64,000 nucleotides of DNA from Candidatus Nealsonbacteria bacterium DGGOD1a (GCA_022530585.1 CP092821.1:457525-521524); one strand, 5' to 3'. Shown: positions 1 to 8,457, counted from the stretch's first letter. Program-made: numbers and translations. The notes: generated by a model from the letters alone, not told the origin.

Positions 1-363
1 AAGCAGCGATCCGGTAATATTCAATCCTACCATATTTATTGTTTGCCCGATGGCGGCTCTCGCGAGAATCAGATTGCCCATCAGTTTTCCGCGGCCGAAG
101 AAAAACGAACCGTCAATTATGGCGCCGGCCATATTTATGCTTCCGTTGACTATCGTATCGGCAAGAAAAACATTGCCCATTATTGAACAACCCTCCAGGT
201 TTATCCCGTAGTCAAGATTTTTTTCCGCCAGCGAAAGAAATTTTAAACTTTTGCCGCGGAAATCAGCTTCTCTCCGGTCCAAGGTGGCTTTGTCGATCTC
301 GCGATCAATATCTTCCTTGCCGAGGATGGAAACCGCTTTTCCGGCAATAATAAATTCTTCCAT
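1..363 (-). CDS. Edge-truncated ORF (N-terminus present, C-terminus off the left edge); hypothetical protein with beta-helix/bactofilin-like short repeats
   Basis: ATG at 363-361 (minus), hand-translated open frame to position 1: MEEFIIAGKAVSILGKEDIDRE...NVFLADTIVNGSINMAGAIIDGSFFFGRGKLMGNLILARAAIGQTINMVGLNITGSLL. Absent from ORF track because it is truncated. Confidence 0.3.
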   Translation of the reverse strand, partial: MEEFIIAGKAVSILGKEDIDREIDKATLDRREADFRGKSLKFLSLAEKNLDYGINLEGCSIMGNVFLADTIVNGSINMAGAIIDGSFFFGRGKLMGNLILARAAIGQTINMVGLNITGSLL

Positions 364-408
364 TGAGAAAATGAAGTATAATGATATTATAATTTAAAAA
401 TCCGCAAA

Positions 409-1119
409 TTGAAAATCGCGCGGAAGAATTCGGTGGCAAAAAACAATCGATTGTTTTACGAAAAAAAATATTCGCGCGCCGGATTTGAAATTATTATCGG
501 CGTCGACGAGGCGGGCCGGGGGCCGCTTGCCGGCCCGGTCGCGGCCGGCGCGGTGGCTTTGCTTGGCGCCGGCGGCCGCGGCAATTTGCCGCGCCGTTTG
601 TTTGAAGATGTTGATGATTCAAAAAAACTTTCCGCGCGGAAACGGGAGGAGCTTTTTGAAATTATCGTTAATTGCGAAAAAATTATTTGGGCCGGCGCTC
701 TGGTTTGGCCGCGGACAATCGACCGGATTAACATTTTCGAGGCTTCAAAGCTGGCAATGGCCCGGGCGGCCGCGGGGATTGTCCGCAAACGGAAGAATTG
801 TTCCGCGCAAAAGATATTTTGCCTGATTGACGGCAATTTTCCGATAAAAGTTCCTTATCCGCAAAGGTCGGTTATTTCCGGCGACGCGAAAGTTTTTTCG
901 ATTTCCGCGGCCAGCATTGTGGCCAAAGTCATCCGCGACCGGGTGATGCGAGGACTGGACAAAAAATATCCGGCCTACGGATTCGCGCGGCACAAAGGCT
1001 ATCCGACCAAAGAACATCTGGCGGCGTTGCGCCGGCACGGATTGTCGCCGGTTCACCGCTTGAGTTTCGGGCCTTGCGCCGTTTTGCAAAGAAAGGCTAT
1101 AATAAAATCATATAATTAA
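409..1119 (+). CDS. rnhB: Ribonuclease HII
   Basis: 236-aa ORF with the RNase HII N-terminal catalytic motif GVDEAGRGPLAGPV, followed by DSKKL and a C-terminal HR.SF segment. TTG start; a GTG at 433 is an alternative. Confidence 0.9.
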   Translation: MKIARKNSVAKNNRLFYEKKYSRAGFEIIIGVDEAGRGPLAGPVAAGAVALLGAGGRGNLPRRLFEDVDDSKKLSARKREELFEIIVNCEKIIWAGALVWPRTIDRINIFEASKLAMARAAAGIVRKRKNCSAQKIFCLIDGNFPIKVPYPQRSVISGDAKVFSISAASIVAKVIRDRVMRGLDKKYPAYGFARHKGYPTKEHLAALRRHGLSPVHRLSFGPCAVLQRKAIIKSYN

Positions 1120-1131
1120 TCTTTTAAAAAA

Positions 1132-1668
1132 ATGGCAATCGCAAAACACAACAAAAAAATCGATAAAATGGCAATGGTTGGTTTCGCCGCCAATTTTTGC
1201 GCGGTTTTTTCGCTCATATATATTGTGGCGCTGCTGCTGGTGGCGAATATTTTCGGTTCAAACCGCGCCGCGATGGCATCGCTGGCGCAGCCAATCGCGA
1301 ATTCCGCTTGTTCGGCGGTGGCGGGAGAACCGCTCGCGGCCGCGATTCCCGCGATCTTGTTCCCGGTATCGGCGGACAATCCCAGCGAGAGCGTGATTAA
1401 AATCTCGATTGATGACGGCGGATGGACGCCAAAAGAAATTGATTTGAGTCTTTCGAGCGCGCGCACCGTTGAAATTTCCAACAAAGGCGTAAATCCGCAT
1501 TCATTCGTGATTGACGGGCTGGGCATTGATTCGGGCGAGATCGCGCCCGGCGCGGCCAAGACGGTATTTTTGCAAAATTTATCGGGAGAAGCGGCCATTT
1601 ATCCGTTCTATTCAAATATCTCCGGCGACGATAAAGAAAAGTTCAGCGGTCAGATAACGATATTGTAA
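1132..1668 (+). CDS. Membrane-anchored protein with a cupredoxin-like C-terminal beta-sandwich (no obvious Cu ligands)
   Basis: 178 aa. N-terminal TM helix (FAANFCAVFSLIYIVALLLVANIF). C-terminal VEISNKGVNPHSFVIDGLGIDSGEIAPGAAKTVF pattern is typical of cupredoxin-fold domains. Confidence 0.4.
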   Translation: MAIAKHNKKIDKMAMVGFAANFCAVFSLIYIVALLLVANIFGSNRAAMASLAQPIANSACSAVAGEPLAAAIPAILFPVSADNPSESVIKISIDDGGWTPKEIDLSLSSARTVEISNKGVNPHSFVIDGLGIDSGEIAPGAAKTVFLQNLSGEAAIYPFYSNISGDDKEKFSGQITIL

Positions 1669-1677
1669 TGTCTGTGG

Positions 1678-1760
1678 CGGGGAGCGAATTTGTTGAGGTT
1701 TGACCTCAACTTTCGGAGGCCAACTTTTGCCCGCAAGCCGAAGATTGGCCTTCGCATTCG
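1678..1760. repeat. Fragment of the REP/MITE repeat family (REP core plus second hairpin)
   Basis: ggggagcgaatttgttgaggtttgacctcaac matches, in inverse orientation, the right ends of the MITEs at 20161-20200, 24311-24340 and 29779-29814. It is followed by the hairpin ggaggccaa...ttggccttc. Confidence 0.55.
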
Positions 1761-1917
1761 CTTCCGGAGTTAATCCCGGCGAGCGGTTGCTGCCGCAATC
1801 TTGAATTTTTTAGCAAATCGTGCTATAATTTGCGCATTATAATCATTTTGAGTTATTTTGGCGTATTTTGAGTTTTTCTATCAACTCATCAACTCATTTA
1901 CTCATATACTTATTGCT

Positions 1918-2190
1918 ATGGGTGGCGTACCAAAAAAGAGACATACAAAAGGAAGCCGGAACCAGCGCCGGATGCATTTATTTCTGGAAAAACCGAATAT
2001 GACCGTTTGCAAAAAGTGCGGCAAGCCGGTTATGTCGCACATTGTTTGTCCGGCCTGCGGATTTTACAAGGGCAAGGAAGTGATTGATGTGCTGTCAAAA
2101 CTTGACCGCCGCCAGCGTCGCGCCAAAGAAATGGAAATAGCGAAAACCCAGGCGGAGTCGGAAGTTGCGGCCAAACAAACCGCCAAATAG
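1918..2190 (+). CDS. rpmF: 50S ribosomal protein L32 (with Lys/Glu/Ala-rich C-terminal tail)
   Basis: Internal ATG at 1918 gives MGGVPKKRHTKGSRNQRRMH plus a CKKCG...CPACG zinc ribbon, the L32 signature. The ORF-track start at 1858 looks spurious. Confidence 0.85.
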   Translation: MGGVPKKRHTKGSRNQRRMHLFLEKPNMTVCKKCGKPVMSHIVCPACGFYKGKEVIDVLSKLDRRQRRAKEMEIAKTQAESEVAAKQTAK

Positions 2191-2277
2191 TCGAATTCTG
2201 TTCCCGATTTTGAAATTGAGAATCGTCCCGCTTGGCGGGATCCCGCCAGGCGGGAGAAATTTTGGAATTTTTTTGAT

Positions 2278-2754
2278 ATGGCTTCACGGCACCTCACTCG
2301 TTCAATCGTAATGCAATCCCTTTTTGAATGGGATTTTTACGGCAAGTCGGGCGATCTGGCCGGAATCTTACAGAGAAATCTGGATGAATTCGGGCCCGGG
2401 CTGGAGGAAAAAACATTCGCTTCCGATCTTATCGCCGGAGTGGTCGGGAAAATGGAAAGCTTGGATAAAGTAATCGAAAAAGCCGCGCCGCAATGGCCGA
2501 TTGATCAGATCAGCGTGGTGGATCGGAATATCTTGCGTTTGGGATTGTTCGAGCTTTTGTATGAAGATAAAAAAGCGGTGCCGCCCAAAGTGGCTATCAA
2601 CGAGGCGATTGAACTGGCCAAGAATTTCGGCGGGGAAAGTTCGGGCAAGTTCGTGAACGGGGTTCTGGGCACGATCTATAAAGAAATGCTGATCGCGAAT
2701 CCCGAATTGGCCGATGCGAACGATAAAGAGCGTGCCGTTGGGGATGTTGTTTAA
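2278..2754 (+). CDS. nusB: Transcription antitermination factor NusB
   Basis: 158 aa. Shows RNILRLGLFELLY and AINEAIELAKNFGGESSGKFVNGVLG, the typical NusB C-terminal signature. Confidence 0.85.
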   Translation: MASRHLTRSIVMQSLFEWDFYGKSGDLAGILQRNLDEFGPGLEEKTFASDLIAGVVGKMESLDKVIEKAAPQWPIDQISVVDRNILRLGLFELLYEDKKAVPPKVAINEAIELAKNFGGESSGKFVNGVLGTIYKEMLIANPELADANDKERAVGDVV

Positions 2755-2872
2755 ATTTAAAATTGAAAAATCAAAATGTAAAATGACAAATTAAAATGTT
2801 AAAATGTCGCAATTTAGACATTTTATGGTTTTACATTGTCATTTTGATCTTTGATTTTTCCATTTTCAACTT
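2755..2872. repeat. AT-rich inverted-repeat intergenic element (family 'tttacattgtcattttgat')
   Basis: aaaatgtaaaatgacaaattaaaatg ... cattttatggttttacattgtcattttgat forms a long hairpin. Related copies lie at 7112-7236, 54085-54212, 55518-55620 and 62003-62105. Confidence 0.6.
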
Positions 2873-2878
2873 TTGATA

Positions 2879-3571
2879 ATGAAAGAATTTAGCGAACTTG
2901 AGAACAAACTGGGTATTTTTTTCAAAAATAAGGATTTGCTGACGCAGGCGTTTATTCACCGGTCATACCTTAACGAAAATCCTCAAGTTAATTTGGGGAA
3001 TAACGAGCGGTTGGAATTTCTGGGCGACGCGGTGCTTGAGCTGGCGTCCACGGAATATCTTTATGCCGAATACCCCGGCGAATCCGAAGGCAAATTGACC
3101 AGTTGGCGCGCCGCGCTCGTGAACACGAAAACTATTTCGGCGGCCGGATCAAGAATCGGTTTTGGCGATTTTCTGCTTTTGTCCAGGGGCGAAGCCAAGG
3201 AAGAGGGTAAATCGCGGCAATATATTCTGGCCAACACTTTCGAAGCGTTCATCGGCAGTCTGTATCTTGATCATGGCTATGCCGCGTGCCGGGATTTTAT
3301 CGCCAAATATTTGTTGGTGGAGCTTCCCAAAATTATCGAGCAGGAACTTTACCGCGACGCCAAGTCGCGCTTCCAGGAAGTCGCGCAGGAAAAGGCCAAG
3401 GTGACGCCCACTTATCAGGTTTTGGAAGAAAAAGGCCCGGATCACGCCAAATTTTTTCTGGTCGGCGTTTACTTGGGCCGCGAACTGATAGCCAAAGGCG
3501 GCGGTTATTCCAAACAAGAAGCCGAAGAAGAAACCGCCAAAGCCGCGTTGGAAGCCAAAGGCTGGAGCTGA
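2879..3571 (+). CDS. rnc: Ribonuclease III
   Basis: RNase III signature ERLEFLGDAVLE plus a C-terminal dsRBD (GPDHAKFFLVGVYLG...GGGYSKQEAEEETAKAAL). ATG at 2879 is preferred over TTG at 2873. Confidence 0.9.
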   Translation: MKEFSELENKLGIFFKNKDLLTQAFIHRSYLNENPQVNLGNNERLEFLGDAVLELASTEYLYAEYPGESEGKLTSWRAALVNTKTISAAGSRIGFGDFLLLSRGEAKEEGKSRQYILANTFEAFIGSLYLDHGYAACRDFIAKYLLVELPKIIEQELYRDAKSRFQEVAQEKAKVTPTYQVLEEKGPDHAKFFLVGVYLGRELIAKGGGYSKQEAEEETAKAALEAKGWS

Positions 3572-3886
3572 TTTTTGAGTTTTTTGATTTTATATTCGTA
3601 TTTAAGGTGCGACCTCGGCAAACCGCACTTTTGTTTTCCCTAGCCTTCTTCGCGCGGGATTTTTTGGTTTTGTTTTAGGCAAGGACATTTTCCGCTTTTA
3701 ACACTTCGTTGGGAGTTTCGTAATTCAAAGAATTTATGTATTTTTTGCTATCGCAAAATTTACATAATGAAATAATTTCCTTCTTGCGCAAGGATAATTA
3801 TGAGCGATGCCTAAAAAATTGACAAAAGGCGGGAAAATAGGGCAATATAAATAAACAAATTGGATATAAATTATTATTAAATTGAC

Positions 3887-4105
3887 ATGAGTTACAAATT
3901 TACATTAATTACAATTAAAGAAGGGAAATGGTTTGTGATTCGTTGCGCGGAATTGGGAGTGGTCAGCCAAGGCAAAACTCTAAAAGAAGCGCGAAAAAAC
4001 ATCAAAGAAGCGGTTGAACTTTATTTGGAAGACAATCCGGATAGCAAAAAGTATTTATCCCAAAAAGATCCTTTAATTTCCACTCTTGAATTGGAATATG
4101 CCTAA
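3887..4105 (+). CDS. hicB: Type II antitoxin, HicB family
   Basis: 72 aa. KFTLITIKEGKWFVIRCAELGVVSQGKTLKEARKNIKEAVELYLED matches the HicB/UPF0150 N-terminal fold pattern. Overlaps the hicA start by 8 nt. Confidence 0.7.
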   Translation: MSYKFTLITIKEGKWFVIRCAELGVVSQGKTLKEARKNIKEAVELYLEDNPDSKKYLSQKDPLISTLELEYA

Positions 4106-4325
4106 AAAAGTTTTTTCGGGCAAGGTTGTGATAAAAATTTTGTGCCGCGATTTTGGTTTCAATTTTGTTTCCCAAAAGGGAAGTCATGTGAAATTGAAAA
4201 GGGTTGTTGAACGGAAAGAGATTATCACAATTGTACCGCTTCACAGAGAATTATCTTATGGAACATTCAAGGGGGCTTTGGATTTGGCGCAAGTGGAAAT
4301 AAAAGATTTTTTGAACAAAATTTGA
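4098..4325 (+). CDS. hicA: Type II toxin, HicA family (mRNA interferase)
   Basis: MPKKVFSGKVVIKILCRDFGFNFVSQKGSHVKLKR...IVPLHRELSYGTFKGAL carries the HicA signature (GF..v.qkGSH..l; vP.H.el..Gt). ATG at 4098 lies inside the ORF-track ORF 4086..4325. Confidence 0.75.
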   Translation: MPKKVFSGKVVIKILCRDFGFNFVSQKGSHVKLKRVVERKEIITIVPLHRELSYGTFKGALDLAQVEIKDFLNKI

Positions 4326-4420
4326 GCAACTATTCAGTTTTCCCCGGCAATATTGACATTGATGCTTATCGATCGCGGATTTAAGGCCTCTGTGTTTTGA
4401 GAGGATGGTTTTTGATCCGT

Positions 4421-4547
4421 TTATTGAGTGCAATACCTCGGGGCTTTGCCCCGGGTGCACCAAGAGGATTCCAAAGGGGTGCCCCCTTTGGTCGTCGTGC
4501 GGGGTTCATACCCCGCTCGACGAAATACATTTGGAAAATATATTTTT
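4421..4547. repeat. 127-nt multi-hairpin repeat, copy 1 (candidate MITE or structured RNA)
   Basis: Identical apart from one extra g to 11808-11935. Internal hairpins: cggggctttgccccg, ccaaaggggtgccccctttgg, gcggggttcataccccgc. Confidence 0.7.
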
Positions 4548-4645
4548 GATTTTCGGAAGAACTGGATAATCACAAGTTTGAAATTTGCAAAAAGCGTTAA
4601 GTTGTGTTATATATAACGGGTAATATAAATCTCTATAAATAGACT

Positions 4646-4972
4646 ATGTTAACCATAAGACTGCATCGTATCGGCAAGACCAACCAGCCGTCGTTTAAAA
4701 TCGTGGTGGTGGACAAGCGGACATCCGCGGCCGCGGGAAAATTTTGCGAAGAGGTTGGTTCCGTCAACCGCGTTATCAAACAGATCAAGCTGGATAAAGA
4801 TCGAATAACCTATTGGATTTCAAAAGGCGCCCAGCCTTCGCCGACCGTGAACAACATTCTTGTTTCGCAAAAAGTGATCAAAGGCAAAAAGATCGCGGTG
4901 CACGCCCAACCCAAGAAAACCGAAACCGCGGCGGCCGCGGCTCCGGCCGCGGCTCCAAAATCGGCCGCATAA
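4646..4972 (+). CDS. rpsP: 30S ribosomal protein S16 (Ala/Pro-rich C-terminal tail)
   Basis: MLTIRLHRIGKTNQPSFKIVVVDKR is the S16 N-terminal signature. Conserved rpsP-KH-trmD gene order. Confidence 0.9.
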   Translation: MLTIRLHRIGKTNQPSFKIVVVDKRTSAAAGKFCEEVGSVNRVIKQIKLDKDRITYWISKGAQPSPTVNNILVSQKVIKGKKIAVHAQPKKTETAAAAAPAAAPKSAA

Positions 4973-5051
4973 AAAAATTTGACATTTGGTTTTGCCTTCG
5001 GATATAATTGATATATCGCAGCCGGAAAGGTCGAAATGTTACATTTTTTGA

Positions 5052-5399
5052 ATGAACGATATTATGGAGAAAAAAACTGTTGACCACGAATTTCTTGAAT
5101 TCTTGATCAAGTCGCTGGTGGATCATCCCGAGGATGTCATTGTCAACCGCACGGTTGACGAGATGGGCGTTCTTTTGTCGCTGAAAGTGAATGCCGAAGA
5201 TATGGGCCAAATTATCGGCCGCAACGGCAGCACTGCCAGAGCCATCAGGAATTTGGTCAGGATCATCGGTCTCAAAAACCACGCGCGCGTGAACCTCAAG
5301 ATTGAGGAGCCCGAAGGCGGGCGGCGCGTCCCGCATGTGGCGGAAGGCGGGGAAAAACCCGCGGCGCCGGATGAGGAAGTCGATGACCTTAAGTTCTAA
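5052..5399 (+). CDS. khpA: KH-domain RNA-binding protein (KhpA/YlqC-like, UPF0109) with acidic C-terminal extension
   Basis: LVDHPEDVIVNRTVDEMGVLLSLKVNAEDMGQIIGRNGSTARAIRNLVR matches the UPF0109 KH pattern (DMG.iIG..G). Sits between rpsP and trmD as in many bacteria. Confidence 0.7.
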   Translation: MNDIMEKKTVDHEFLEFLIKSLVDHPEDVIVNRTVDEMGVLLSLKVNAEDMGQIIGRNGSTARAIRNLVRIIGLKNHARVNLKIEEPEGGRRVPHVAEGGEKPAAPDEEVDDLKF

Positions 5400-5422
5400 A
5401 TCACAATCAAAAGAAAACCCCG

Positions 5423-5450
5423 AGCCCGAAAGCGAGGGGCTTTCTTTTTT
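5423..5450 (+). terminator. Putative intrinsic terminator after the KH-protein gene
   Basis: agccc-gaaagcgag-gggct stem-loop followed by ttctttttt. Confidence 0.45.
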
Positions 5451-5454
5451 ACAG

Positions 5455-5595
5455 AATAATTTTCAAACTCCAATTTTCAATTATCAATGAATTTTCAATG
5501 TTTCAATGAACCAAACGAAATGCGAATCCGAATTTTGTTTGAGGCATTGGAATTTGGAACATTGATTGAAAATTGGAGTTTGAAAATTGAAAATT
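5455..5595. repeat. Inverted-repeat intergenic element (family 'ttcaattttcaa')
   Basis: ttttcaaactccaattttcaat...cattgattgaaaattggagtttgaaaa arms. Related sequence at 13773-13800, 20906-20990 and 61070-61180. Confidence 0.55.
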
Positions 5596-5602
5596 AAATT
5601 TT

Positions 5603-6298
5603 ATGATTGCTTTTGATTTTATTACAATTTTTCCCGATATCGTTAAGCCTTATTTTGAGGAGTCTTTGTTCAAGAAGGCGGTTGAAAAGAAGCTTTTGAA
5701 AATCAGAACGCATAATTTGCGCGATTTCGCGATTGATAAACATCATACCGTCGATGACAGCCCTTATGGCGGCGGCTTTGGCATGGTGATGAAAGTTGAT
5801 GTGTGGCACAAGGCGATTGCGAGCGCGGCCAAGCTAAAAGCGGCGGGCAAGAAATTAAAACCAACCGACAAGGGCGTTGCCATAATCATGCTTACGCCCC
5901 GCGGAAAAAAATTCAACCAGAAAATGGCGCAAAAACTGGCGAAAATGAAGCAGATCGTTTTTATTTGCGGCCGTTACGAAGGCGTGGATGAACGGGTGGC
6001 CAAAAATATCGCCACCATCGAAGTCAGCGCGGGCGACTATGATTTGATGGGCGGGGAATTGCCGGCAATGGTTATCGCCGAAGCCGTGAGCCGTTTGATC
6101 CCGGGGGTGATCGGCAAACCCGAATTTTTAAAGGAGCGCAACGGCAAAGAAGGTTTTTTCGAGAGCGCGCAATACACCCGGCCGGAAGTTTACAGCCCTA
6201 AAAAAGGAATCGAATGGAAAGTCCCCAAGGAACTGCTTCGCGGCGATCCCAAAGTTATCAATGCTTGGCGGGAGAAACACGGCAAAACCATTATTTAG
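5603..6298 (+). CDS. trmD: tRNA (guanine37-N1)-methyltransferase TrmD
   Basis: 231 aa. FDFITIFPDI, DDSPYGGGFGMVMK, ICGRYEGVDERV and GDYDLMGGELPAMV are TrmD hallmarks. Confidence 0.9.
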   Translation: MIAFDFITIFPDIVKPYFEESLFKKAVEKKLLKIRTHNLRDFAIDKHHTVDDSPYGGGFGMVMKVDVWHKAIASAAKLKAAGKKLKPTDKGVAIIMLTPRGKKFNQKMAQKLAKMKQIVFICGRYEGVDERVAKNIATIEVSAGDYDLMGGELPAMVIAEAVSRLIPGVIGKPEFLKERNGKEGFFESAQYTRPEVYSPKKGIEWKVPKELLRGDPKVINAWREKHGKTII

Positions 6299-6350
6299 GT
6301 ATTGGAAATTGATTTTTTATCTATTTTTTGTTACTAATAAATTGATTAAA

Positions 6351-6494
6351 ATGGATGCGGTAGATTGCAGTAAATGCGGCGACACTATGACCGTGTCGAA
6401 AGATGGGAAGAATCTCGAGTGCAATAATTGCGGCGAGGTTAATTCCTTGGAATTTGTTCACATTGGGCGTGATGGCAGAACTGTTCATAACTGA
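6351..6494 (+). CDS. Small zinc-ribbon protein (hypothetical)
   Basis: 47 aa from ATG 6351: MDAVDCSKCGDTMTVSKDGKNLECNNCGEV, with two CxxC pairs. No further support. Confidence 0.3.
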   Translation: MDAVDCSKCGDTMTVSKDGKNLECNNCGEVNSLEFVHIGRDGRTVHN

Positions 6495-6563
6495 TGCCAT
6501 CAAGCCTTGTTTTTTTATTGAAAAACGGTATACTGTATTCGTGTTGAAAAATGGATGAGAATA

Positions 6564-6693
6564 CTTGTAATTAGTGTGTGTAATTTGTAGTTAGGAGCGG
6601 CAAATTTTTTATCAGTCATATAAAATTTTTTACCATTTACTAATTACCAAGTACCAATTACTAATTATTGCAAATTTTGAAAAAATTTGCCGC
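6564..6693. repeat. Left arm of a long inverted repeat bracketing the tRNA-rpmG island
   Basis: cttgtaattagtgtgtgtaatttgtagtt (6564-6592) is the perfect reverse complement of 7778-7806. ccaattactaattattgc pairs imperfectly with gcagtaattagtagttgg at 7703-7720. Confidence 0.8.
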
Positions 6694-6776
6694 GGGTTGG
6701 TACCAAAGTAGTCAAATGGACCGCGCTGTAAACGCGGTGGCCTACGCCTTCAGGGGTGCAAATCCCTTCCAGCCCA
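6694..6776 (+). tRNA. tRNA-Tyr (anticodon GUA), long variable arm
   Basis: Acceptor gggttgg/ccagccc. Anticodon stem ccgcg/cgcgg with loop ctGTAaa. Long extra arm as expected for a type-II bacterial tRNA-Tyr. No encoded CCA. Confidence 0.85.
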
Positions 6777-6851
6777 CACTATAGACCAATGTTATCTATA
6801 GGAGTTGGTTTGCTATTATGCATAAATGATTTATAATAAAATCAATCATTT

Positions 6852-7019
6852 ATGAAACTAACAGCCGCCATTCTTAAAAAAATATATTCAGAGGATAAAA
6901 AGTCAGTTTTTGAGGTTTCGCGAATTTTAAATTGTTCGGAAAATAAAATAAATTATTGGTTGAGAAAATATAAGATTGCCAAGAGATCAATGGGCGAGGC
7001 GATATTGTTTGCGGAATGA
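6852..7019 (+). CDS. Small hypothetical protein, possible HTH fragment
   Basis: 55 aa hand-translated: MKLTAAILKKIYSEDKKSVFEVSRILNCSENKINYWLRKYKIAKRSMGEAILFAE. Lies between two tRNAs and is below the ORF-track cutoff. Confidence 0.25.
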   Translation: MKLTAAILKKIYSEDKKSVFEVSRILNCSENKINYWLRKYKIAKRSMGEAILFAE

Positions 7020-7038
7020 TTGACAACTTAAAATAAAT

Positions 7039-7109
7039 GCCGGGATAGCTCAGTGGCAGAGCGTGCGCATGGTAAGCGTAATACCCGAGTCCGATTCTCG
7101 GTCCTGGCT
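7039..7109 (+). tRNA. tRNA-Thr (anticodon GGU)
   Basis: Acceptor gccggga/tcctggc, D arm gctc-agtggca-gagc, anticodon loop atGGTaa, T arm ccgag-tccgatt-ctcgg (non-canonical C at position 55). Confidence 0.8.
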
Positions 7110-7111
7110 CA

Positions 7112-7236
7112 AAGAAGTGTAAAATTTAAAAATCAGAGTTAAAAATGGCAGTGTAAAGTCTAAAATCAATCAATTCCAAAATTTTACATTTTACATTGCC
7201 ATTTTAATCTTTGATATTTACATTTTTAATTTGAAT
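7112..7236. repeat. AT-rich inverted-repeat intergenic element (family 'tttacattgtcattttgat')
   Basis: aaaaatggcagtgtaaagtctaaaat ... attttacattttacattgccattttaatctttgat. Same family as 2755-2872. Confidence 0.55.
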
Positions 7237-7237
7237 T

Positions 7238-7399
7238 ATGGCCACAAAAAAGAAACCGTTCGTGAAGCTTCAGTGCGCTTCGTGCAAGAGCATTAATTAT
7301 CGCAGCCACAAATCCAAAACCATGGAAGGCAAATTGGAATTGGTTAAGTTTTGCAAGATCGAGCGCAAGCGCACCAAACACAAGGAAATCAAAAAATAA
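7238..7399 (+). CDS. rpmG: 50S ribosomal protein L33
   Basis: Hand-translated 53 aa: MATKKKPFVKLQCASCKSINYRSHKSKTMEGKLELVKFCKIERKRTKHKEIKK. L33 length, CxxC and KHKE signature. Below the ORF-track cutoff. Confidence 0.85.
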   Translation: MATKKKPFVKLQCASCKSINYRSHKSKTMEGKLELVKFCKIERKRTKHKEIKK

Positions 7400-7603
7400 G
7401 ATGTCCAATACCAAATTTCTCCCGCTTGGCGGGATCCCGCGATGCGGGACAATGTCAAATGGCGCGATTTTTTTGGAAATTGAGCCATTAAAAATCTATT
7501 GGAAATTGGCAATTGGCAATTGAAAATTTTGAAAAGTTAAAAACTTGGCAAGCCAAGAAAGTTTGTTATACTGAAAAAATAATTATTGCCGTTCGGCAAT
7601 AAA

Positions 7604-7674
7604 GGGGGCGTGGTGAAGTGGTATCATAAAGATCTCCAAAATCTTTGTCTCTGGTTCGAATCCAGGCGCCCCCG
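7604..7674 (+). tRNA. tRNA-Trp (anticodon CCA)
   Basis: Acceptor gggggcg/cgccccc, anticodon stem aagat/atctt with loop ctCCAaa, canonical T loop ttcgaat. Confidence 0.85.
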
Positions 7675-7689
7675 CAAGCGACTTTCGCG

Positions 7690-7806
7690 GCGCTTCAGTC
7701 GCAGTAATTAGTAGTTGGCACTTAGTAATTGGGGAATAGGAGGGATTATATATCATCAAAGCGAAAGGCGCTTCCCAAACTACAAATTACACACACTAAT
7801 TACAAG
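7690..7806. repeat. Right arm of the inverted repeat bracketing the tRNA-rpmG island
   Basis: aactacaaattacacacactaattacaag (7778-7806) is the reverse complement of 6564-6592. Confidence 0.8.
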
Positions 7807-7833
7807 CATTTCGCATTTTGATTTATTTAACTT

Positions 7834-8180
7834 ATGTTTGATTTCGAAAACCCGGAGGTTACCGCAAATCAAAGGAACTCAACAAGGAGGTTCTTTTATT
7901 TTTATCTGCCAACAAACAAATCGATTCTTATATCCGCGACCAGCTAAAGCGTGCCGCCATCAGCATAACCATCAATATCGCCGAGGGTAGCGGCAAATTC
8001 TCCAAAGCCGACAAGCGAAACTTCTATACTATCTCCCGCGGTTCGGTCTATGAATGTGTTTCCTTAATGGAATTAATCCTGGACGAAAACCAGATCCCCA
8101 AAGAAAGATTTAGCTATTTTTATCAAAAGCTCGAAATCCTTTCTAAAATGATTCTGGGTTTGATAAACAGCCAAAAATGA
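7834..8180 (+). pseudogene. Four-helix-bundle protein (23S rRNA intervening-sequence protein family), apparently frameshifted near codon 9
   Basis: ATG 7834 gives MFDFENPEV then runs out of frame. The -1 frame from 7860 reads YRKSKELNKEVLLFLSANKQIDSYIRDQLKRAAISITINIAEGSGKFSKADKRNFYTISRGSVYECVSLMELIL...SQK* (stop 8178-8180), typical of the family. Confidence 0.5.
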
Positions 8181-8457
8181 TCCGGGTCCGTCCACACATT
8201 GCAAAAAGCTCGCCGAGGTCAGTCTTGTATATATCCAGCAGATTTTTCGCCGGAAAAACCAAACCTGAATAAGTATTTTGAATTACGAAACCATTAAATC
8301 CAAATACTGTTGAAGCGTTTCGTAATTCAAAGTAAGCAAACGAAAAGCCGCCTAAAAATACGGGAATACGCGTCCCGGCGAGCGGTTGTTCTTGCTTTTC
8401 CGTCGCGGATAAAAAATTGTGGTATAATGAAAAAATTTAAATTATTCGGCGCCCAAG

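Noticed and set aside
4428-4616. Apparent conserved small protein (ORFs 4428..4616 and 11765..12136 share ALPRVHQEDSKGVPPLVVVRGSYPARRNTFGKYIF)
   Set aside because: The shared peptide is fully explained by the DNA-identical 127-nt hairpin repeat. The ORFs differ outside it and lack RBS or start conservation.
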